Below are positions 7,586 through 13,512 of a DNA stretch of 13,512 nucleotides, piece by piece. Source of the DNA: an uncultured Aquificales bacterium (GTDB taxonomy: Bacteria > Thermosulfidibacterota > Thermosulfidibacteria > Thermosulfidibacterales > Thermosulfidibacteraceae); the NCBI GenBank assembly GCA_964453345.1, contig CAYVOC010000005.1, forward strand, positions 50,924-64,435, read 5' to 3'. Made by a program: the position numbers and the translations under genes. The notes beneath the pieces are model-generated. The model had not been told where the DNA came from. It worked only from the letters and a program-made list of their open reading frames with translations, and made no database searches. Each line of letters opens with the position of its first letter. The first letter of the stretch is position 1.

Positions 7586-8008
7586 CTATCCCACTATCTC
7601 AAGGGCGTTGAAGAAGTAGGATATTTCGTATTTTGCCGATTCCGGGGAGTCAGAGCCGTGGACGGAGTTTTTCTCTACGTTTAGGCCAAAGCGCTTCCTT
7701 ATGGTTCCCTCTTCGGCCTTTGCCGGATCGGTTGCCCCCATGATCCTTCTCCACTTTTCTATTGCTCCCTCTCCCTCAAGAACCATGACAACTATGGGGC
7801 CCGAGGACATGTAATTGGTGAGGCTGTCGAAGAAGGGCTTTTCCCTGTGAACATAATAGAAGCCCTCGGCCTCCTTTTTTGTCAGGCGAATCATCTTCAT
7901 GGCCACAACCTTAAGGCCGTTCTTTTCGATTTCGGCGATAATTTCCCCTATAAGGTTTCTCTCAACAGCATCGGGCTTTATTATGGCGAGGGTTCTTTCC
8001 GCTGCCAT
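7586..8008 (-). CDS. ndk: Nucleoside diphosphate kinase
   Basis: Motifs [20 protein letters not shown] and NSVHGSDS (catalytic His). RBS GGAGG. Confidence 0.97.
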   Translation of the reverse strand: MAAERTLAIIKPDAVERNLIGEIIAEIEKNGLKVVAMKMIRLTKKEAEGFYYVHREKPFFDSLTNYMSSGPIVVMVLEGEGAIEKWRRIMGATDPAKAEEGTIRKRFGLNVEKNSVHGSDSPESAKYEISYFFNALEIVG

Positions 8009-8019
8009 GCCGAACCTCC

Positions 8020-10410
8020 CTATGGTTTTTTCTTCCCTCTAATTTCTATTGGCAGGCTCCCTTCAAGGGCCTCAACAAGCCTCCAGAAGATCTGATCCAC
8101 CTCCTCATCCGAGAGGGTCTTTTCGTGGGAGACAAAGGTGAAGGAGAGGGTGAGGCTGATCCTATCCTCACCTATTTTCTCCGACTGGTAAACGTCAATG
8201 AGTTTGACATCCTTCAGTTCAGCCGGCCTATTCCTCTCTATTACAGAAAGAATCTGCTCGTAGCTTACGGTTCTGGGAACAATAAAGGACAGGTCCCTGG
8301 TGGTTTCTGGATACCTGGGTATCGGCCTGTATCTGGGTTCTCTGATGGATTCCTTTGCGTCTTCAAGGTCCACCTCTGCTACCACAACCGGAGCTCTCAA
8401 CTCCAAGGCGTCCACCACATCCGGATGAAGCACCCCCACGAAACCTATCTCTCCCCCTTCGGTGATGAGGTCTGCGGACTGCCCGGGGTGTAGGAAGGGC
8501 CTTTTTGATGGAACGACCCTTGCGGTTATCCCCAGGCTTTCCAGCACGGTCTCAACTATTCCCTTGGCATCGAAGAAGTCATAGGGCCTGGGCCTGGAGC
8601 TCCAGTGCCCCGGAGCATGGCCCATGAGAACAAGACCCATTCTCAGCCGTTCCTGAATCTCATCTTTCTTGAGGAAGATCCTTCCGATTTCGAAGAGAGC
8701 TATGTCGTAAACCCTCACCCTTGCGTTTCTCGCCGCTGCATCCAGAAGCCCGCAGACTATGTTGGTCCGCATGATGGACATCTCTTCGCTTAGGGGGTTC
8801 AGAAGCCTTACCGCATTGTCGGTGTTCAGTCCCAGGGCCTTGAATAGATCCGGGGAGATGAAGCTGTAGGTTATTGCTTCCGTTAGTCCGGATGCCAAAA
8901 GCAGCTGTCTGATCCTTCTGATGATGTGGTAATCGGATTCTATGGTGTAGTGGGGTATTCTCTGTTTTGGCATGGTGGATGGGATCCTGTCGTATCCCCA
9001 TATGCGGGCTACCTCTTCAATGAGGTCAACGTCCCTGTAAACGTCCAGATGCCTGTGGGTGGGAACAGTTGCCTTAAGCCCTTCAGAATCCTTTTCGATG
9101 CGGAATCCGAGCCGCTGGAGGATGCTGCAGGCCTCATCCTTCGGAATTTCGATTCCGAGGTATTCGGTGAGCTTACTGAAGGAGAGAAACACCCTCTTCT
9201 CTTCGGGCTTTTTCGGATAAACATCGTATATGCCCCTGGCAAGTTTACCCCCTGCCGTTTCCAGGATGAGCTGGCATGCCCTGGTGGATGCGTAAACCAG
9301 CCCTTCTATATCCGTTCCCCTCTCAAACCTTTTGGATGCTTCGGTGGAGAGGGATAGCTTTTTGGAGGCTCTCCTTATGCTTGCTGGATCGAAGTATGCG
9401 CTTTCCAAGAGGACGGTTTTTGTGGATCGGGCAACCTCCGAGTTGGCGCCTCCCATTATGCCTGCGATGGCAACAGGCCTCTGCTCATCGGCTATTACAG
9501 GTATGGAGGGATCAAGCTCTCTGTATTCCCCGTCGAGGGTGACGATGTATTCCCCATCTCTTGCCCTGCGCACCACAATTTTTCCGCCTTTCAGCCTTTC
9601 AAAATCAAAGGCGTGCAGGGGATGACCGGTTTCCATCATCACGTAGTTGGTTACATCGACCACATTGGATATGGGGCGCATCCCCATGGCCTTCACGGCC
9701 ACCTTGAGCCACAGGGGAGATTCACCTATCTGCACCCCTTCTATGTAGCGGGCGGTGTATCTGGGACACAGATCCGGGTCCTCTATGACAACCTCGGTGT
9801 ATCTCTGGGTTTCTTCAAGCTCTTCCTTCAATTCTATGGGCGGGATTTGCAAGTTTCTGTTGAACAGGGCGGCAACCTCCCTTGCAACTCCTATGATGCC
9901 GAAGCAGTCTCCCCTGTTCGGGGTTGGGGAGACCTCAAGCACGAAGTCATCCATGTGAACCCACTTACTGAGGGGTTCTCCCGGTTCAGCCTCTTCTGGC
10001 AGTTCAAGTATGCCCCAGGTGTCCTCCACCAGATCCAGCTCTATTTCTGAAACGAGCATTCCCTGGGACTCAACCCCCCTTATGCTGGCCTTTTCCACCA
10101 CCATTCCGTTGGGAAGTCTTGCCCCCGGCAGGGCTAAGGCCACCTTCTTCCCCTTTTCAACGTTGGGGGCGCCGCACACTATTCTGTATTCGCTTCTGCC
10201 GTCGTGAACCTTCAGAACCTTGAGCTTCTTGCTTTCGGGGTGGGTATCAACCTCCGTTATGACCGCTACCACGCACCCCTGTAGCTGCTCGGCGAGATTC
10301 TCTATCCCTTCCACCTCAAGTCCCCCCATGGTAAGGGCGTCAGCCACCTGCTGGGGGGATAGATCACTTAGATCCACAAACCTTGAAAGAGCACTGTAAA
10401 GAACCCGCAC
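8020..10410 (-). CDS. pheT: Phenylalanine--tRNA ligase beta subunit
   Basis: Motifs [51 protein letters not shown] and C-terminal RDLSF. 796 aa with a GTG start. Confidence 0.97.
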   Translation of the reverse strand: MRVLYSALSRFVDLSDLSPQQVADALTMGGLEVEGIENLAEQLQGCVVAVITEVDTHPESKKLKVLKVHDGRSEYRIVCGAPNVEKGKKVALALPGARLPNGMVVEKASIRGVESQGMLVSEIELDLVEDTWGILELPEEAEPGEPLSKWVHMDDFVLEVSPTPNRGDCFGIIGVAREVAALFNRNLQIPPIELKEELEETQRYTEVVIEDPDLCPRYTARYIEGVQIGESPLWLKVAVKAMGMRPISNVVDVTNYVMMETGHPLHAFDFERLKGGKIVVRRARDGEYIVTLDGEYRELDPSIPVIADEQRPVAIAGIMGGANSEVARSTKTVLLESAYFDPASIRRASKKLSLSTEASKRFERGTDIEGLVYASTRACQLILETAGGKLARGIYDVYPKKPEEKRVFLSFSKLTEYLGIEIPKDEACSILQRLGFRIEKDSEGLKATVPTHRHLDVYRDVDLIEEVARIWGYDRIPSTMPKQRIPHYTIESDYHIIRRIRQLLLASGLTEAITYSFISPDLFKALGLNTDNAVRLLNPLSEEMSIMRTNIVCGLLDAAARNARVRVYDIALFEIGRIFLKKDEIQERLRMGLVLMGHAPGHWSSRPRPYDFFDAKGIVETVLESLGITARVVPSKRPFLHPGQSADLITEGGEIGFVGVLHPDVVDALELRAPVVVAEVDLEDAKESIREPRYRPIPRYPETTRDLSFIVPRTVSYEQILSVIERNRPAELKDVKLIDVYQSEKIGEDRISLTLSFTFVSHEKTLSDEEVDQIFWRLVEALEGSLPIEIRGKKKP

Positions 10411-10422
10411 CTTTTGCCCCCT

Positions 10423-11442
10423 TTAAGCGAATTGCCAGAGAAAGCGCAAGTCGTTTTCGAAAAAGAGCCTTATATCGTCAACTCCGTATTTGAGCATGGC
10501 TATCCTTTCCACACCAAGCCCGAAGGCGTATCCAGAGATCTTTTCAGGGTCGTATCCCACGCTTTTGAATACCTCCGGATCCACCATGCCGCATCCGAGA
10601 ATCTCCAGCCAGCCTGTTCCCTTGCACACCCTGCAGCCGGAACCTTTACATATGACGCACTCTATATCCATCTCGGCGCTGGGTTCGGTGAAGGGAAAGA
10701 AGCTGGGACGGAATCTTACCCTTGTGCTTTCACCGAAGATGCGCTTGGCAAACTCGCTGAGCGTCCCCTTTAGTTCTGCGAAGCTGACCCTTTCGTCCAC
10801 TAAAAGCCCTTCCACCTGGTGGAACATGGGGGTGTGGGAAACATCAAAGTCCCTTCTGTAAACCCTTCCGGGAGCAATGATCCTTATGGGGAGGGGATAT
10901 TTTTTCATGACCCTTATCTGAACGGGGGATGTATGGGTTCTGAGAAGCAGTCTGTCTGTAATATAGAAGGTGTCCTGCATGTCCCTTGCGGGATGATCGG
11001 GAGGGATGTTCAATGCCTCAAAGTTGTAATAGTCTTCCTCTATCTCCGGTCCCTCCGCCACCTGGAATCCCATCCCGACGAAGACTTCCACAATCTCATC
11101 CATGGCCCTGGTGATGGGATGCTTGACGCCTATGTTGGGCCTTCTCCCAGGAAGGGTGATATCTACCCTTTCCCTTTCAAGCCGCTTCCTCTTCTCCAGC
11201 TCCCTTAGCTCTTTTTCCTTTTCCTCTATCATTCCCTCAAGCAGTTCCTTAAGCTCGTTGACCAGCTTTCCGAAAATGGGGCGCTCCTCCGGGGAAAGTT
11301 CTCTCATTCTCTTGAGCAGTTGTGTAACCTCCCCTTTTTTGCCGAGGAACTTGACCTTGAACTGCTTGAGGGCGGATAGGTCCTCAAGCCCTTTCAGCTC
11401 CTCAAGGGCCTTTTCCTTTATCTTTTCCAAGATCTCTTTCAT
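10423..11442 (-). CDS. pheS: Phenylalanine--tRNA ligase alpha subunit
   Basis: Motifs [40 protein letters not shown] and [12 protein letters not shown]. Confidence 0.98.
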   Translation of the reverse strand: MKEILEKIKEKALEELKGLEDLSALKQFKVKFLGKKGEVTQLLKRMRELSPEERPIFGKLVNELKELLEGMIEEKEKELRELEKRKRLERERVDITLPGRRPNIGVKHPITRAMDEIVEVFVGMGFQVAEGPEIEEDYYNFEALNIPPDHPARDMQDTFYITDRLLLRTHTSPVQIRVMKKYPLPIRIIAPGRVYRRDFDVSHTPMFHQVEGLLVDERVSFAELKGTLSEFAKRIFGESTRVRFRPSFFPFTEPSAEMDIECVICKGSGCRVCKGTGWLEILGCGMVDPEVFKSVGYDPEKISGYAFGLGVERIAMLKYGVDDIRLFFENDLRFLWQFA

Positions 11443-12113
11443 TTTTTCCTCTCCAGCTTCTGGACCTGTTTATCAAATCTCTCTATGCTCGCCTCCTCCC
11501 CCAGGACGAAGATAGTGTCATCCTCCTGGAGGACCGTCTCTGCATTTGGAGAGGTGTTCAGCCTGCCGTCGGCGGATCTTATGGCGACCACATTCATCCC
11601 GAATCTCTTTCTGAAGTCGAGCTCACCAAGGCTTTTGCCTGAGAGAACGCTGGGAACCTTCAGCTCGTAGATCCTCACCTGCTCCGATAGATCCAGCTCG
11701 TCAACTATGTTGGGGGACACCAAGGACCTTGCCACCCTGACCCCCATCTCCTCTTCAGGCAGAACCACCCTGTCGCAGCCTATCTTCTGCAGAACCTTGG
11801 CGTGCAGCTGGTTCATGGCCTTGGAGACTATGTAGGGAACCCCCATCTCCTTGAGTATCAGAGATATGAGAACGCTCGCCTCCATGTTCTGGCCTATGGC
11901 AACTATAACTGCATCCACATCCTTTATGCCGGCGGCCCTAAGCGCCTTCTCATCTGTGGCATCTGCCTGGACCACCTGGGTGACAAGTCCCTCAAGCTGG
12001 CGGAGCTTCTCCTCGGATCTGTCGATGGCCAGAACCTGACATCCCATTTCCGTCAGGGTCTTGGCCACGCTGTATCCGAACCTTCCGATGCCTATAACGG
12101 CAAAATACTTCAT
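11439..12113 (-). CDS. ktrA: KtrA/TrkA-family RCK regulatory subunit of K+ uptake
   Basis: [11 protein letters not shown]ossmann motif, [26 protein letters not shown] and a TrkA-C domain. 224 aa with no TM segment. Confidence 0.88.
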   Translation of the reverse strand: MKYFAVIGIGRFGYSVAKTLTEMGCQVLAIDRSEEKLRQLEGLVTQVVQADATDEKALRAAGIKDVDAVIVAIGQNMEASVLISLILKEMGVPYIVSKAMNQLHAKVLQKIGCDRVVLPEEEMGVRVARSLVSPNIVDELDLSEQVRIYELKVPSVLSGKSLGELDFRKRFGMNVVAIRSADGRLNTSPNAETVLQEDDTIFVLGEEASIERFDKQVQKLERKK

Positions 12114-12479
12114 TTAAGCTGCCTTGTTCTGCAGAGCCTCCTTTGCGAGATCTACGAGATACTTAAAGGTCTCCGGGCTGTTGACAGCAAGCTCCGCCAG
12201 CATCTTTCTGTTTATCTCAACCCCTGCAAGCTTGAGCCCATGGATAAACTCGCTGTATTTGAGACCGTGCTGGCGGGCAGCGGCGTTGATCCTCAGTATC
12301 CAGAGCCTTCTGAACTCCCTCTTTCTGACCTTGCGGTCCCTGTATGCGTAGGTGAGGGCCTTTATCACCGTCTGCTTGGCTATGCTGTAGCAGCGGCTCT
12401 TGGCGCCCCAGTATCCCTTGGCAAGCTTAAGCCACTTTTTCCTTCTCCAGCGGGTCTTGGGTCCTCCCTTTACCCTCAT
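12114..12479 (-). CDS. rplT: 50S ribosomal protein L20
   Basis: MRVKGG...LAKGYWG...[26 protein letters not shown]...[19 protein letters not shown]. Confidence 0.98.
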   Translation of the reverse strand: MRVKGGPKTRWRRKKWLKLAKGYWGAKSRCYSIAKQTVIKALTYAYRDRKVRKREFRRLWILRINAAARQHGLKYSEFIHGLKLAGVEINRKMLAELAVNSPETFKYLVDLAKEALQNKAA

Positions 12480-12502
12480 GGCGCAACCTCCTTAACCTGA
12501 CT

Positions 12503-12703
12503 TTAGAAGGCATACGGAAGCAGTTTTTTGACCCTCTTGACCTCTTCCTTGGCAAGAATGGCGGGTCTTCTCAGCCTTCTTTTTCTCTTTGCAGGCTTTT
12601 CCTCGTTGAGGTGGCTCTTGTTGGCCTTCCTCCTCTTTATTTTGCCCTTGGCTGTGACCTTGAATCTTTTGGCAGCGCTTTTGTTGGTCTTCATTTTTGG
12701 CAT
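12503..12703 (-). CDS. rpmI: 50S ribosomal protein L35
   Basis: MPKMKTNKSAAKRFKVTAKGKIKRRKANKSHL...LLPY. The true start is ATG 12703, with GGAGGTGG upstream. Confidence 0.97.
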   Translation of the reverse strand: MPKMKTNKSAAKRFKVTAKGKIKRRKANKSHLNEEKPAKRKRRLRRPAILAKEEVKRVKKLLPYAF

Positions 12704-12811
12704 ACCTATCCACCTCCCAAAGGCTTTATCAGGCAGCAAGCCATAGCACCTTTAAGCGCTTAAATCAAGTGCTGTTGCCATTAAACTTGAAACTCTGTAA
12801 TAAAGCAACCC

Positions 12812-13453
12812 ATGCTGAGGCTGAAGCTTGTAAGGCATGGCGAGTCCGAGTTCAACAGAAGGGGCATCATTCAGGGGCATACCAACTCTCCACTATCTCC
12901 CTTGGGTCGGATTCAGGCTGAGCTTACGGGTAGATGGCTTAAGAATTCCTCGCCGGTTTCCCGGATATATGCGAGTCCTCTTAGAAGGGCCAAGGAGACT
13001 GCACTCATAATGGCGGAGGTTATGGGCGTTGAGGTGGTGTTTCTTGATGAGTTTAAGGAGATAAGGCTTGGAGCCTGGGAGGGGGTTTCCATAGAGGAGG
13101 TTAGAAAGAGGGATTCGAAAAACCTTGAGCTGTGGTTCACCTGCCCCACAAAGGCGCATGTGGAGGGGGCAGAACCTCTGGATGATTTCAGAAAGAGGGT
13201 TCTTGGAGGACTTAAAAGGGTTCTTGATGATCCCGATGATGAGGTTGCCATTGTGGCCCACGGGGGTGTTTTGAGCGTAGTGGTTGCCCATGTGCTCAAT
13301 CTGGATCTGGATCACATATGGCGCATGAGGTTTGATAATGCTTCTGTTTCGGAGATTTCCTTTGAGTATTCAATCCCGAAGCTCACCCTTTTGAACAGCA
13401 CCTTTCATTTAGGGGCCTTGGGAAGAAGCGGCCTTTCCATATGGAATGTTTGA
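12812..13453 (+). CDS. Histidine phosphatase family protein (phosphoglycerate mutase-like; CobC/Psp-like)
   Basis: Motifs LVRHGES, QG, YASPLRRA, EIRLGAWEG, GAE, VAHGG and DNAS. Confidence 0.9.
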   Translation: MLRLKLVRHGESEFNRRGIIQGHTNSPLSPLGRIQAELTGRWLKNSSPVSRIYASPLRRAKETALIMAEVMGVEVVFLDEFKEIRLGAWEGVSIEEVRKRDSKNLELWFTCPTKAHVEGAEPLDDFRKRVLGGLKRVLDDPDDEVAIVAHGGVLSVVVAHVLNLDLDHIWRMRFDNASVSEISFEYSIPKLTLLNSTFHLGALGRSGLSIWNV

Positions 13454-13482
13454 AGCGGGGCGGCTTCAGGCCACCCCGCTTC
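13452..13482. other. GC-rich stem-loop at the phosphatase stop codon (possible terminator or RNA stability element)
   Basis: GAAGCGGGG (13452-13460) pairs with CCCCGCTTC (13474-13482), with inner GGC/GCC pairing. There is no clear U-tract on either strand. Confidence 0.55.
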
Positions 13483-13495
13483 TGCGGAGGCGGGC

Positions 13496-13512
13496 ATGGG
13501 AAGTGGCTTTAG
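13496..13512 (+). CDS. Possible start of a downstream gene (partial, MGSGF...)
   Basis: GGAGG at 13486-13490, then 5 nt, then ATG at 13496. Too short to identify. Confidence 0.35.

Noticed and set aside
10610..10660. CxxC...CxxC motif in PheS ([12 protein letters not shown])
   Set aside because: This is a common feature of many bacterial PheS proteins and is not unusual.
11802..12500. 232-aa plus-strand ORF opposite ktrA/rplT, and the other short ORFs opposite pheS/pheT
   Set aside because: These are antisense shadow frames of conserved genes, with no domain evidence.
13454..13512. GC-rich end of the window as a tRNA, tmRNA, RNase P, SRP or 6S RNA fragment
   Set aside because: No T-loop GTTCGA, CCA end, or RNase P or SRP conserved motif is visible on either strand. 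A hairpin followed by an RBS and ATG explains the sequence better.

Overview
This is a gene-dense bacterial housekeeping region of roughly 50% GC. The Glu/Lys-rich proteins and frequent AGG/ATA codons suggest a thermophile, possibly Aquificota- or Thermodesulfobacteriota-like (inference only). From left to right: the 5' part of cheA (missed by the ORF track, with a 120-bp tandem repeat in its linker) and cheY, behind a sigma28-like promoter on the minus strand; an M17 leucyl aminopeptidase (+); an Rrf2-family Fe-S regulator (-); and a plus-strand cluster of an M29 aminopeptidase, an MthK-like K+ channel and a lower-GC archaeal-type STAND ATPase. These are followed by a long minus-strand operon rpmI-rplT-ktrA-pheS-pheT-ndk-aroE-cobO that lacks infC/thrS, and a divergent histidine phosphatase followed by a GC-rich hairpin. 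I found no mobile element, CRISPR array or RNA gene. The most notable signals are the effector-less archaeal-type ATPase, the CheA linker repeat, a strong internal ribosome-binding site in the K+ channel gene, and an orphan KtrA sitting between rplT and pheS. I could not demonstrate a complete new multi-gene system.
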